64,000 nucleotides of DNA, taken from positions 25,234,001-25,298,000 of the forward strand of contig CM059434.1 in NCBI GenBank assembly GCA_030390025.1, given 5' to 3'. A program made the position numbers and the translations under genes. Below, one piece after another: positions 26,790-40,924 of the stretch. This DNA is from Squalus acanthias. Taxonomy: Eukaryota. Each line of letters starts with the position of its first letter. The first letter of the stretch is position 1. The notes beneath the pieces are model-generated. The model saw only the letters and a list, made by a program, of their open reading frames with translations, was not told the origin of the DNA and made no database searches.

Positions 26790-27160
26790 TTTCCACTGGA
26801 ACAGAGCTGATTAAGAGGAAATTTAATTAAGCTTTTTTTTTACATTATGAAGGATTTTGATCGGGTGAATAGGGAGAGATTATTTCCTCTAGTGGGAAAA
26901 GTCAGTGATGAGGGGTCATCCAATTTAAAATAGTCACTAAGAAATGGAGGAGCGAGGTTAGAAGAATTTTACTTACACACCGTGCTGTTGGAGAGTAGAA
27001 TACTGAGCCACATGGAGTAGCCGAGGCAGAAACCATGACATCATTTAAGCCGAGTGGATAAATATTTTGGGAGTGAGCAAAGCAGCTGATTTAATTTTGG
27101 ATCGTTGTAGCAAAGGATCGACGAGCCAAGCGCCCTCCTTCTGTGCTGTAAGCATATGGT
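26790..27160 (+). mobile_element. Degraded CR1 3' fragment
   Basis: IMKDFDRVNRERLFPLVG-like sequence and a CR1-like 3' UTR (CCTCCTTCTGTGCTGTAA). Confidence 0.65.
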
Positions 27161-27939
27161 TCTCAGTTACTTTACCTGTATACTCAACTTTTATAAAGCC
27201 CAGAATACACAATAAGATGGTAGGTGCCATCTACTAGATTGAAGATAGATACTAGAATCAGGCAGACAGAGGCTGTCCGGAAAGTGGTGGATCACATGTA
27301 AGATAAAATGGGAGATGGGAACTTGAGCTGGAAAGGAGTGGAGACGCAGGATTCAGGGAGTGATAGAGCCACAGGTTGATGTGTAGGAGATAGTGGGCAC
27401 AGAAGAATGGGGCTTGGGAGAGGTTTGGGGGGAGGGGGACGAGGTGATTGCCATCTGGAAGTACTCCCTGGGGTATTGGGGTATCGGAGAACTATGGTCC
27501 AGGGCTTGGACCACTCGGTGGAGCTGGTCCTTGAGTGTAATTGCAGGGGAGATGGTATCCAGGATCTCTCAACGGGCAAGGGTGAAAGATGCTGGAGAGT
27601 AAACATTTTGTGTTGAGATGGTCTAGCAGTACTGGGAAGTGCTGAGGTTTAGAAGCACTCATGCATAGTCTGGGAGCACACTGAGGTAGATGAGGGATCC
27701 TAGAGTTTGGAAACACAGGGGTTTTGTGTATTTTGGAGCACTGGGAGAGTTTGGGGTTTTGGAGCTTCAAAAAGAAAAGTACTTTGACTGCCCAATTTTC
27801 TGCTGCTTACTTATTCCTCATTGGTATTTAATAACTGAATCAAACTGCTTTTTAGCCAATCACTAATTTTTGCTGTACAGAGCTGTGATGGGCGGGCACT
27901 GGATAGAAGCCTACTAATTATAATTGTACTTCGCTGACA

Positions 27940-28787
27940 TCCAGTAGTGGTTGAGCAGACATATCCTCCAATTAAATACTGGGAAGACCAAAGCCATTAT
28001 CTTTGGTCCCTGCCACAAACTCCGTTCCCTAGCCACCGACTCCAGCCCTCTCCCTGGCCACTGTCTTGAGGCTGAACTAGACCGTTCACAATCTTGGCAT
28101 CCTATTTGACACTGAGCTGAGCTACCGACCCCATATCCCCTCCATCACCAAGACCACCTTCTTCCACCTCTGTAACATCGCCCATCTTTGCCCTGCTGCT
28201 AAAACCCTCATCCATGTCTTTGTTACCTCTAGATTCAACTATCCCAAAGCTCTTTCTGCTGGCCTCCCACCTTCCACCCTCCATAAACTTGAGCTCATCC
28301 AAAACTCTGCTGCCCGTATCCTAACTCGGACCAAGTCCCGTTCACCTATCAGCCCTGTGCTTGCTGACTTACATTGGCTCCAGGTCTGGCAACGCCTCTA
28401 CTTTAAAATTCTCATCCTTGTTTTCAAATTCCTCCATGGCCTCGCCCCTCCCTATCTCTGTAACCTCCTCCAGCCCTACAACCCTCCAAGATCTCTGCGC
28501 TCCTCCAATTCTGGCCTCTTGTGTATCCCTGATTTTCATCACTCAGTTGGCAGCCGTGCCTTCAGTTGCCTAGGCCCTAAGTTCTGTATTTCCCTCCCTA
28601 AAGTTCTCTGCCTCTCTCTCCTTTTAAGACACTCCTTAAAACATACCTCTTTGACCAAGCTTTTAGTCACCTGTCCTAATAGCTCCTTGTGTGGCTCAGT
28701 GTTAAATTTTGTTTGATAATGCTGCTGTGAATACCTTGGGATGTTTTACTACGTTAAAGGTGCTATATAAGTGCACGTTGTTGTTGT
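27940..28787 (+). mobile_element. L2 LINE 3' fragment (same family as 10480-12722)
   Basis: Close similarity to 11890-12722 (LADLHWL...FKILILVFK..LHGLAPPYL). Tail TACGTTAAAGGTGCTATATAAGTGCACGTTGTTGTTG. Confidence 0.9.
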
Positions 28788-28789
28788 AT

Positions 28790-31226
28790 TCAGATAGAAA
28801 GTGCAAATTAAAAATGTAGCATCTAGAAGTTAAATATGGAAATTGAAGATCGTATAAGGGAAGATTAGAAATTCTTTAAAAGCTTTAAGCAGACTAGGGG
28901 ATGAGAAAATGGGAAAACAGGTTAAACTAAATTTTAAAACTGCTACATCGATAAGGGAAAATTGGTAACAGAATTTGCGAGGGCTATTAGGAGGAATTGA
29001 GTTATTTGGATGGGTTCAGAATAGATGAAGTATTTAAGAACAACTTGTCCTCTTCAAGGAAGGGGAAAAAGTGACTTGTAACATTGTCTTCTACTCTAGA
29101 AAATATTACATTTTTTTCCATTAATTGAAGGGATTGGAGGTGTGCCCATGGAGAACATGGGAAGATGATTTGCTATGAAATGGTTACTTTAATAAAAACT
29201 GCAGTGTTTGAATATTCATAAGATGATGGCGCGAGATGGAATTAATCCAGGAATAGTTGAGTGAATGAAGTTCACAGTGAACTGTATCTGATTTTTCTTT
29301 TACAAGTCATTCAAGGCAGATGTTGTAAATTGAAATCTAGATTAGTTAAATGGAAAGAAAAAAGGGTGGTGAACTGTTCTATCAGTCCTAATCGAAGTGG
29401 ACAGTTATGACCAGCGGCGTACCTAAGGAACAGCACTGGAGACTGCTGTTCATCATTTTGATAGATGGCCTTGATGAATATACTAAAAGTAGAATATCTT
29501 CAGTTTTTTCTGTGAGAATCAAGGTGTCAAAGTCCATGGTGCAGGACACCACATATGTTGAAATGAATAAAAGAGGTGAGGTAAATCAGGAAAAATTGAT
29601 TTGGTGATGCCAAACTTAAGTGTTTAAAAGCCTGAGGATTATACAACTGAAAGAAAGACTGGAAGAAGTAAGGAGTCTCAGCTTTGCAGTACTGAGAAAG
29701 AATTAATTAAAATTGCAGACTGTGAAATCAGCCTTGATTTCAATACTCTAAACGTAGGGAGGGGCAAGAAAATGTACAACAGTGTATTTCAAGCCTAAAA
29801 GGAACAAGAGAAAAAAAGTTAAAGGTGCACTAACATAGTAATATTGATAAACTAATGAATAGGAAGAAAGGTTGCAATGGGGGGGAAAAGAGAGAGATTA
29901 GAGTTAAGTCAGGGATCGCATATTGCTTTTTTACATCCTGTCCATGATTGCAAGAGAAATGCTAGAAAAGCCTCTGGTATATGGAAGCAGTATTCAAGTC
30001 TTGGATGGAGTTGGGCTTAATAGAATTGAAGTTTGTTAAGGAGAATACAGGTATTTGGCCTGATAGAGGAAACTAAGCTTGTTGGACACAGTTTTATCCA
30101 GTGGAGATAATAAGGCCAAGAATATCGATAGATGAAGAACGACCAAGGATAGACTCATCAGAAGTGGGGGGGTAACTTTCAACATCAGGTGTGGAAAACT
30201 GGTGCTATCCGATCGGCTGCCCAAAGTACACTCCGCCTGATTTTCTTTTCCACAGACTTCAATGGAAAGGAAAATCAGGCAGGGTTTATAACGAGCAGCC
30301 GATCCGATATCGGCAGTTTTTCAGCCCCGCCGAAGTTGAAAGTTAACTCCCTGCCCAGAGGTGTCTGTTTCTTAGACTTGCAAAAGACCTGAAGAAACTG
30401 CATTTTTACTTTTCAGTTATCGAGCTGTGTTGGAATTCAAGATGTTCACAGGAAACAAATTCAGAAAGATCTGAAACACGTAACAATCGGGCAGTTAATT
30501 GCAAATGAAATTTAATGAACAATGTAAGGTAACATGGATAACAGGTGTTAAAATAGAAAACATTACAGATAGATGGGTTTATCATTAAGTTGAGTCAGCA
30601 AAAAGATTTAGATGTAAATTTTCAGCAAACATTGGAAATATGATAATGTATAGCAATGGTTACAAACATGCAACTAGAATCTATTAGCAGATCTGCAACA
30701 TATAAACCCAAGGAAGTGTTACTGACACTTTATGAAGCATTAGTATGACCCCCGTAAGGAGTACTGTGATCAACAAGTTTAAGAAAAAATATAGGTGCAG
30801 CTAAAAGGATTTAGAGAAGGGCGATGAAAATTATTGTTTTTAGCACCAAACTGTTCAATGTATTCCTATTAGAAAACAGATTTAGGAGGATATGACTTCA
30901 GTTAGTTAAAATTATGAACAAAAAGGATAAAATGAATGAAGAGAAGTGATTTGTACAAAACCGAGAGGTAATCTAAGACGTGATTATAAACATAGAAAAC
31001 CTTTAACTTAAAAGGATACTCTCCTGATGCTGAGTCATCAAATTATGGAATAGCCTTCGATCTAGAACAATAAATGCTAGCTCTATTCAAAGAGCAGACA
31101 GTTTAGGATAGGAAATTAAATACATTTTTTAAAGTCTAGTCACATCCTGGAAAAAGGACCAAGATGATGGAGGAAGCTCACTAGGCTGAATGGCCATTTC
31201 TTGTTCCTTCATTCTTATGTTCTGTC
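28790..31226 (+). mobile_element. Highly decayed ancient CR1 remnants (patchy)
   Basis: TSGVP at ~29410, MKFN..CKV at ~30505, YCD/QRRAMK-like segments, and a CR1 3' tail GGCTGAATGGCC...TTCTTATGTTCT at ~31185-31224. Interrupted by a MITE. Confidence 0.5.
30167..30351. mobile_element. ~185-bp hairpin MITE
   Basis: Ends GGGGGGTAACTTTCAAC / GTTGAAAGTTAACTCCC. Internal self-complementarity (GATCGGCTGC/GCAGCCGATC; CCTGATTTTC/GAAAATCAGG) around a central ACTTCAATGG. Confidence 0.8.
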
Positions 31227-31389
31227 TGAAAATGGGAGGCAGTGAATAGGACATGTTTTGAGTATTTGAACAGTATGACAATGAGATGTATTCTCATGGT
31301 CATTTTATGAGATGTGAATCAGGAGAACTTCTACACTAGGAACAAAAACAGGATATAGTTCCTTTCATGTCATCATGGCGTCCTGTAGT

Positions 31390-31445
31390 ATTTCACAGCC
31401 AATGAATTACTTTTGAAGTGTAATCATTATTGTTATGTAGGTAAA
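31390..31445 (-). mobile_element. DeuSINE fragment
   Basis: ACAGCCAATGAATTACTTTTGAAGTGTAATCA matches the reverse complement of the DeuSINE tail. Confidence 0.6.
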
Positions 31446-31639
31446 TGAGACTTCTAATTAAAGCAAAAGTCACGGAACCCAGGATACAACATGGATCTAG
31501 ATAAGAAACTAGGAATATTGATGACAGAGTTACTCTTACTACAGTATTACCATTCATATTACCATTCATCTTCATCATTGATCTTCAGCCACCATATTGA
31601 AGGGCGATGGTGGGGTCTGCCAGAGGTCACATTCAAAGG

Positions 31640-31890
31640 AATAGAAAATTCGGGGAGGAGGTTAGAGGTAGAGGGTGAGGGCATGGTGGGATTTAAACAA
31701 GGATGGGAATTCAAATTTGAGGCATTGGGGGACTGGAGCCAATGAGGCCAGCAAGGATGGGGGTGATGGTTGAGCAGGACTTTGTGCAGGATAGAATATG
31801 GGCAGCAGAGTTTTGGATGAGCTGAAGTTTATGGAGGGTGGATGAAGGAAGGCCAAACAGAGCATTGGAGTAATTGAGTCTGAAGTTGAA
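31640..31890 (-). mobile_element. L2 LINE fragment
   Basis: RLNYSNALFGLPSSTLHKLQLIQNSAAHIL...ITPILA motif. Confidence 0.75.
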
Positions 31891-32503
31891 TGTAATATCA
31901 CAATTGGTGGGAATTGTTGAGTCGAGTCCCACAAGAGGCAAACCTTATACCCCTACTGTTTCTAATCCACATCGCTCACATAAATAACTTGGTTAAATGT
32001 ACTGCTTGTTTAAGAGGCTGTGGCAAACATTCTCCTTTTGCATGTGTTTAAATGCTCTTTGCATCGGAGTAGTAAGTGCAGGCAAACAATGTGCCGACTG
32101 GATATTCGAGTTAAAATGTTGTTATGCAAGTGCAGATTGTGAATATTCATACTCAGCATAACATTCTCCCAATAAAGCAGCCCCCATTTCTCCCCCCCGG
32201 AATACATACCTCTTAGTTAAAAGAGGACAGATCTGTGGGAGGTGTACTTTTGCTCGTATCTCCTTCGGCCTCACTTTATTAATTAGCTCCTGGTTGCAGA
32301 GAATCTGAAATTGAACAGTTGGCCTTCAGTCACCTTTATACTGGCATTTAGTGAATGCAGTTTCAATCCACTGACATTACTGAATTTTCGTAAGGAATGT
32401 GCAGATAGGGAACACAGTAGTTTGGCGCAATTTTCATAAAACAACACTGGTTCTTGTTTCCTTTCATGGGGTTCTGGTGTTCAGCGTGAATTGAGGCTTA
32501 CAA

Positions 32504-33222
32504 TCATAGAATGATACAACACAGAAAGAGGCCATTTGGCCCATCGCGCCAGTGCTGGCTCTTTGGTAGAGCTATCCAATTAATCCTACTCCCCTGCTCT
32601 TTCCCCAAAGCCCTATAATTTTTTCCCTTCAAGTATTTATCCAATTCCCTTTTGAATGTTACTATTGAATCTGCTTCCACCACCCTTTCAGGCAGTGCAT
32701 TCCAGATCACAACAACTCGCTGTGTTTAAAAAAAAATGTTTCCTCGTGTCACCTCTGGTTCTTTTGCCAATCATCTTAAATCAAGTCCTCTGGTTACCGA
32801 CCCTTCTGCCACTGAAAACAGTTTCTCTTTATTTACTCTATCAAAACCATTCATGATTTTGAGCACCTCTATCAAATCTCCTCTTAGCCTTCTCTGCTCT
32901 AAGGAGAGCAACCCCAGCTTCTCCAGTCTCTCGACATAACTGAAGTCCCTCATCCCTGGTACCATTCTAGTAAATCAGCTCGACACCCTCTCCAAGGCCT
33001 TGACATCCTTCCTAAAGTGTGGTGCCCAGAACTGAACACAATACTCCAGCTGAGGCCTCACCAGTGTTTTATTAAGGTTTAGCATAACTTTCTTGCTTTT
33101 GTACGCTATTCCTCTATTAATAAATCCAAGGATCCCATATGCTTTCTCAACTTGTCCTGCCACCTTCAAAGATTTGTGTACATGCACCCCAGGTCACTCT
33201 GTTCCTGTACCCCCTTTAAAAT
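32504..33222 (-). mobile_element. CR1 3' fragment with internal deletion
   Basis: [28 protein letters not shown] and WNALPERVVEA in minus-strand ORFs. ATTCTATGAT tail. Confidence 0.9.
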
Positions 33223-33785
33223 TGTCAATCAGTGCAGAGAAACAAAATCTATGCCAAACTCAATTGTTCCTCATGGATCTACTTCCTTACTTATTATTGG
33301 CCTCAGTGAAGCATGTATACTTCGACTAAATGTCACTCAGCAGTTCTTTACTACCAGAAGTTGATTCAAAAACTGGATGGTTTTGTTCTTTACCACCTTC
33401 TCCGTCTCCTGCCCGAACCGCCCCCCCCCCCCCCCACCTTGTTACTTATTAGCCATGATTTTTTTCATTCTTTTTGTTCATTAGTTTTCTTTCAGCACTT
33501 TTTTTAGTATCTTTATTTTCCATTTTTCTTCTGCCCTTAAGCACCTTTCCTTGCATTAATTTTAAGTTGCTTGGTGGGAGGACATAGTTACTAGGGTCAT
33601 TTTAAATCCAGACAGATCTGAATCGCTCAGCACACATGGAAAGTAATACGTGCCTAGCTACAAGAAGCTTGATCAAACTGCACATGATCAAAATTGTAGC
33701 TCAAAGAACATTTAAAATATTAAGTTTTAACAATTTTATGTTTAAAGTGTACAAGAATAATGAGCACCATATTAACTCTTAATAA

Positions 33786-34064
<279 letters not shown>

Positions 34065-34711
34065 TAAAATTGTACTAAAACTAAAATAGATTTAGATCAC
34101 TTTGGAATTTTATGTCTCTTTAGAAATTGAGAATGTAAATTTAAAATCTAATTACATAAATGATGCAGAAATTATTGATATGTCTTGTTTATCATAAAAG
34201 CTTTCAAACCTTATTTTTTTAAGTTTTTAATGTTGTTTTGTAAGTAGCAACTGTTGAAAAGGGACTTGCTTTGTAAAGTCCATATTAAGAGCATTGCAAC
34301 TTAGAAGGGTTTGTACAAAGCCACTTGGGTGCTATAAACTTTGTCACCTTTACAGTCTCTAAATATTCATAGAATCTGTCAGTCAACTTAATGAGAAAAC
34401 AGACGTAGGTTAATAAGGCCATATCAAAGTAGGGGAAGCAACATTTCATCACCTTATGATCGTACAGGCAACCAGTGCTTGTACAAGGCACCTAGAAGTG
34501 TGAAAACAATCATTAAATGGATTTTAATGGGTTGTCATCACACACTTTCAGTGAATGTGAAACCATTCTAGTAATTTTATTGACCTCTTGTGAGTTGAAA
34601 TATGCCTTAGTGAGCCAGATGGAACTCGAGCAAAATGTTCTGAAAGGATGGTGCTCTCACGTTACACTGCAGGCGTGCTTGAACATCTAGCTGGATTAAA
34701 CATGCCATTAA

Positions 34712-34822
<111 letters not shown>

Positions 34823-35538
34823 TAAGTGCTCCATTCCTCCCATGTATTTAACAGCTTGTGTCTGCCATTTCAGAAGTGCCCAAGAAAAACATGCATGACT
34901 GGTTCCAGATTTACAGCCCACTTGGAAAATGTTAGTCACTGCTTTCTGCGGAAAGGAAAGTTCTGTCCAAGTTTACCTAAATTAATGATGTAGGAATTGT
35001 TTGAATCCATTCACATTTGTAAGCAATAGTGTCCTAAGTTTCACAATGCCTTGCATAGTTTAGATGGGCAGGTGTATGTCAAAAAGATTCAGTGAGTACA
35101 TCAGAATGGGCGGAACCATGTTTGAGACTGAGATCCCAGTTTTATTTTATTTCACTGTTATAATTACTGGAGAGTCTAGTGCTTGTACTGTCCCTTCCAC
35201 CCTGTTGTGCGTGCCTGAGACTGCCTTAAAGACATGAACTCCATTAGCAGTTAAATTTCACCTTTCTTTACTACAAGCCTTACTGGAGAATAAAATATAA
35301 CTCTTATAACCACGGTAAAATAATTTAGCAGAAACTCGTGCATTCATTCAAATGGAATTTGTGAATATTTGCCTTTTCAGTGTCTCTTCAAAATATTACT
35401 GTTGAGATGCTGTACTGTTTAACTTTTAAAAGCATCAATGTAAAGAGCTTAAGGAATGCTTGCAATTTTATTGGTTACCATATCGGCTTTGTGATGACCT
35501 CTGGTTGTGCAGATGTTGTTCTGACAGTGTTTTATTAG

Positions 35539-35721
<183 letters not shown>

Positions 35722-36649
35722 AGTACTGGTGTTCAAAATTGTGGTCCCTTCAAGTGCACCATCCCTATGCTGCAAGACCTTGTTTCAGTAAGGACCAGCA
35801 GTTGTATGATTTGGAACTATTGATCTGGAATTCAAAGAGTCTTCTCCTACTTCTTTAATGGAGTTTATTAACTTAAGATGATGCAACTGCAGAAGAACAA
35901 TGCGACCTCTTTTTTTTAAAGCGTTGAATGTTACTGAATTGTAATGGTTCATCATGACAAAAAATGCTTTCCTGTTTTTAAATGACCGAATTTTAATGAT
36001 TCGTCATGACAAAAAATGTGTTATGAAGACTATTGAAGATCAAAAACTCAAACAGGACTCCTCACAATGCAGTTTGATTATGCCATTGCTCTGTCATTAT
36101 TATGACAGCATATCGAAAACTTCCTCTGTTGTTGGTTCAGACATCAAAAGGATTTGTTGCCTATTATGTTTCCAAACTAGCTAACATTGAATCATGTATT
36201 GACGAGCTCCATTTTTAATGTGCTTACAGTCATAATACTGCGTGCTTGCTGTGCCATTGTACCAGAATATGTCCATGTTGTTTATTCCCCCAGTATAGCA
36301 CTCAGTAATGTTTCAAATGAACTTGTTACTGTAGGAACACGATAAAATGTTTTCAGTCTACGCTGGTCATATTCAACATTGTAGCTGCAACATTCTCCTG
36401 AAAATACTGTGTCCTCCTCAAAACTTCTCAATAATTGTTGCTGATGATAATGGCAATACTCCCTTATCTTTGGTGTCTATATTTTATTTTCTGGTCATTT
36501 TAGCAGTATGGAATAATGGTTTTGAGAGTGCATTATTTTATTAGGAATACTGAGGTGATATATTTTAAATAATGTAATTAACCTATATTAGGTAGCATTT
36601 TGTCTCTCGACTTAATGATTGCAATCTTGTTAAAAAGAATAGTTTAGGC

Positions 36650-37030
36650 CCTTCCAGTTGCTCAGTGAGTCACACACTGTGCAGTGTGATAGTGAGCTGT
36701 ACAAACTGTGATGCTAGCAGGTTAGCTGATCTTAGCAAGAATGGGAGGGGGGCCGAGAGAACACAGTGTTCTTAAATTAAGGGTGGGGGGTCAAGCAAAA
36801 TCAGGCAGTGCTTCTTCTCACAATCACTATCCAGAGATCCTTGTTGGAATGTGCAGCCGCTTGGACATTGAATGGAGGGCATGATTGATTGATGCTTCCT
36901 CTCTTTCCTCCCCCCCCCCCCCCCCCCCCAAACCCCAAGTCAGATATCCTGCCAGTGTTTACGCGAGGTGCTGGAAGGCTGCTGCCGCCCATGTAGCCAT
37001 ACTCCAGCATGAATCATTGCCTTGAGGTGG
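36650..37030 (+). mobile_element. Old tRNA-headed SINE-like repeat (copy 3 of 4)
   Basis: TTGCTCAGTGAGT, GGTTAGCTGATCTTAGC and CCATACTCCAGCATGAATCATTGCCTTGAGG are shared motifs. Confidence 0.55.
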
Positions 37031-38234
37031 GGACAAAAGATCATTTAAAAATTAAAACCACGTTTTGCTGAATGACATTGCTACTGTAAATGTGCTCTGA
37101 TATTGCACAAGACCCGCACTAAAGCCCTGGGATTCTCAAAGCATGGGCCTCGCATGACTGGCTGCAAGCGGAATGTAAAACTGTTTGGGATTCGCTAGCC
37201 TAGTTGCCTGGAATACCCGTTTTTAGCGTATCTCCCAGGCTGCTGGTGATAGTAAGTCGGGCAGTTTTTGCATTTGGCGTTTGGGCAGTTGCATGAGACC
37301 TGTGCCGTGGGAAGCCAGCAGCACATGTGAAAGCACCTTAAGAAAACTTAAGATACTGACAGTATTGTATTGTACATCACACAATAAAATGAGGGATTTA
37401 GCAAATTCAAAAGTTACAGTGGACCATCTGGTGCAATCGGATCTTCCTGAGATAATACAGGCACCCAGCAGCTTTGGACTGGTGAAGCTTTTTGCACATT
37501 TTCTTTTTAATTAATATTTTCTTCCAAAGAGCAGCCTGTTGAACAGCACTTTGGTTATATTTGTTTTTTATTGATGACTGTTTATAGATATCATTGTTAG
37601 AAACCAAGAATGTTCATGATTTATAGAGCCATGTATACTGTGTAATAATTTCCAGCAGCTGTTTTATTCCATTTTAACACTACACAATCCAGCTATTAAT
37701 TGTCTAATCCTAGGAGTCGATTCTGCAGTAGTTTCTAAGCTGTGGTCCAGTACAGGGAGCGTTTAAGGTTAACTGAGTTTCATTTTTTGTTTCAAAGTTG
37801 TCGTGTAGTGTCAAGGCACAATGTGTTCCTGTCACAGGCCAGGGTAGTGCACAGTATTTCTGAGACAATTAATGGGTAAAAATCATTGAAGGCAAATGAA
37901 GAACAATACCATCCGTACCGTGCATTACAAGGGTCAAAATGTGGAGTCAATCTGGTGCTCAGTTTTTGATATTTATATACTGGCTCTATGAATGTTGTTC
38001 CCATATCAGACAACTTTTGTCAGTTGTTATTTTCTTGTTATCCCACTGTCAGTGACCAGCAGTACAGGTGCCTGCATAACTTGAGTTTATAGTGAATATA
38101 ATATGAATGTTAGCTAGAAACAATGTAAAAGAAAATACTAGTAGAACTTGTATCCACTGCAGCTTGCTATTATGAGTTGTACAACATTTCAGTTAACATA
38201 ATGCATTTCCATCACTTTGTAGCTTAAAAACTAC

Positions 38235-38330
38235 TTGTATTTATACATCTCCTTTCATATTCACACGTCAAAGTACTTTACATAAATGAACTACTTTTTG
38301 AAGTACAGTGACTTATGTAGGCAAACACAC
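38235..38330 (-). mobile_element. Degraded DeuSINE tail
   Basis: ATTTATA..CCTTTCA...AATGAACTACTTTTTGAAGTACAGTGAC resembles the reverse complement of the DeuSINE tail. Confidence 0.55.
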
Positions 38331-38837
38331 ATGCCATTCTGCACCACTAACCTCCCATCTGTTTTTAGGTGGCAGCGGTTGAAGGAGAATTGTTGGCTAG
38401 GAGAGACAAATATTTACAAAGTTGCTGACACTGTTTACAAGTTCTTTGATTACAAAGCTAATTGCATTTACAGGAATTTGTTCCAGAATTTTTGTAAAAA
38501 TGGCCCCCTCACCAAACCAATGCCAAATTGTAGGAATCTGAATTTAATGTCCTTTTTTTCTGCTATGTGTATCACTAAAATTATGTGTTATACCTGACTG
38601 TTACAATTACTCTTTTCTCTGAATCCTATTGAAGAACTATAGTTATTATTCAATGAAATCTTTAATAATAGCCTGGATTTCATACTGTGGTTTAGACACT
38701 TTAACCCCCTTATTTAGCAGACTGTGCATAAGAAGCGGTGTTTGAAATGTCACAAAATTAAGCAGCTATGTTTATAAAATCCCAATCCCGGATATATACA
38801 TTCAACCGTGCTCAACAATTAATAGACATATAAAGCT

Positions 38838-39190
38838 CCCCCGATGAGCCAATGGGTTACCACCTGGTATAGTACAAAGTCACCCAGGCCAAATGGTTGC
38901 AGTTTTGATTCCTGTTCTGTACCAAATTAGCTGATTTTAGCCAGAACAATAATTACCCCATTACAATTGATCTAAGCTGAGGAGAGGGGATATCAACCAG
39001 GTTCTTGTTCCTATCTGTTGATGCCTGCTGGAAAGTATATTTGTTGGAACTTGCTGTGAGGCCCACCCTGTATGAATGGCCTACTGAGCCATGTTGTCCA
39101 CGTTTAGGCATGAAGAATTGCCAGTTAGCCATTATAACAAAAGGCTGTTGGCATAACTGTAGCCAAGCAAGAGTTGGCATCTTCAGGGTA
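38838..39190 (+). mobile_element. Old tRNA-headed SINE-like repeat (copy 4 of 4)
   Basis: GTTTTGATTCC, ATTAGCTGATTTTAGCC, CATGAAGA and GAGTTGGCATCTTCAGG are shared motifs. Confidence 0.55.
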
Positions 39191-40917
39191 GGAGGGAAAT
39201 ACAGTTTTTTTTTAAAGGCTGACTTACTGATAAAAATCCCGTATTTTGAACTTGTATGGAATCTAACTGTCCTATTAAAAAGAGATGATTAAGACATTGA
39301 AGCAAAATGCACTGAGCACATTGTACAAATATGGCTCTAAAAAAAATGTAAACACTAGGTAGGCTTTTTCTGGGTGAGCTAAAATTGGTCAAATGGCTTT
39401 CCTCATCTGTATCTATCTTGTAAAGACTTGATTTAATCCTATGTTCAAACAGAAATACTGATGATGTTGCCAATGAGGAATGTACGATTGCACCTGTCAC
39501 TTGTCAGAAGTGGTGAACTTGGGGAGAGAGTAGAATGTCTTCCAACCGCAAGTTAGATGTGTCAAATAGGCAAAAGCCATGAACTCGTAGGCGATTCTCA
39601 AAAGTTGTTCAGTTATAAGATTGAGAACAGACCTGACACTAAGACCAAGTGATTTGCTAGACATTTACACATATCAGATTAAATAATTAGTGGTTCAGAC
39701 ATTTTTTCTGTGGAAATTGAATAGGTGCATAAAATATATGATCCACATTGAATCCTAAAATTGTACTGCTGGTTTGATCTTCACAAAGCATATAGATCAT
39801 CCATTGCTGCCGTTAATACAGTCTCTGCACTTCTGAATGGCAAAATCTATCTCCAGTATGGTCCTTTATCATTTTCAGTCTGTATTTTGCAGTTTATTTA
39901 TGCCAAATGTCATTGTAATTTTATTGTACTTTGTTATTTGTGACGAGTGCCTGTTAGTTAAATATAAATTACTGGTTGTGGGTATTTCATAAATGAACAG
40001 AACTGTCTCATGTAAGTCATTGAGTGGCCAGCTGTAAATGATTTATTAAATAAATTCACTTAATATTGCACCCAGTAATTAAGTTAGTTCTGTGATGAGT
40101 AGACCAGCTAATGGATGCATTTACCATAAGATAATTACAGGCCTGTAAGTATTTCTCCAATCTAACCTAACCAAGATGTTACTTTACATTAATGCTACAG
40201 CTGACAGTTTGCAGCCCAACTCCAGATGTGTTGACAGGAAATTATCTGCCATCAATTTGTGAAGCAGGCAATAATACAAAATTAATTCCATTTTCTCTTT
40301 TATGCGTAATGCAGTTTGCAGCATTGTTCACAAATTTGAACTACGCCTTATTTCTTAAATTGATAATCTTTAAATTGTACAGTTGAAGACAAATTATTTT
40401 CTTTCAAATGTTTATTAAAAAGTGAAGAATGTAGAAGGAATATTAATAGGTGCAGGTTACTATGTTTAACTTCCTTTGGAGAAGGCCTGTTTTTGTAAGT
40501 GACTACATTCAGGGTTACTGGTGTACATCTTCTGACACCTGTTGTTAATATAAGTTCTGTAATCCTTTCTGTACTCTGTCAGCAGTTCAGAAGGGCAGTG
40601 TTGGTATTTTTGTCCACTCCAATTAATGTGAGACTTCAGAGCTATCATGATCACATTTCATCACCATTCCTTGCAAAGAAAATCGTTTTTTCTTCAGTAG
40701 GAAAAAGACAAATTCTTTATTGGGTTATTGGTTATACCTGTCAAAACAATACACGCCATTCTGACCCACTCTGTTACAGTTTCCTAAGAAATTACATCTA
40801 TGCAAAACATTATTCCAAGTGCAATAACTTACTCATAAAACAATACAACACAGGCAAATTATGAGTTTGTTAAATTCTCACAGTAATGATGAACACTACT
40901 TTGGATGCAGTAACACT

Positions 40918-40924
40918 TTTTATT
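40918..40924 (-). terminator. Candidate ALX4 polyadenylation signal
   Basis: TTTATT (AATAAA on the minus strand) about 1.35 kb past the ALX4 stop. Other candidates exist (e.g. ~41233, ~40716, 40411, 40042). Confidence 0.35.

Noticed and set aside
27250-27770. Purine-rich stretch with several short ORFs
   Set aside because: Low-complexity G/A-biased sequence with no recognisable motif.
35952-36018. 15-bp direct repeat TCATGACAAAAAATG in the EXT2 3' UTR
   Set aside because: A small local duplication with no evidence of function.
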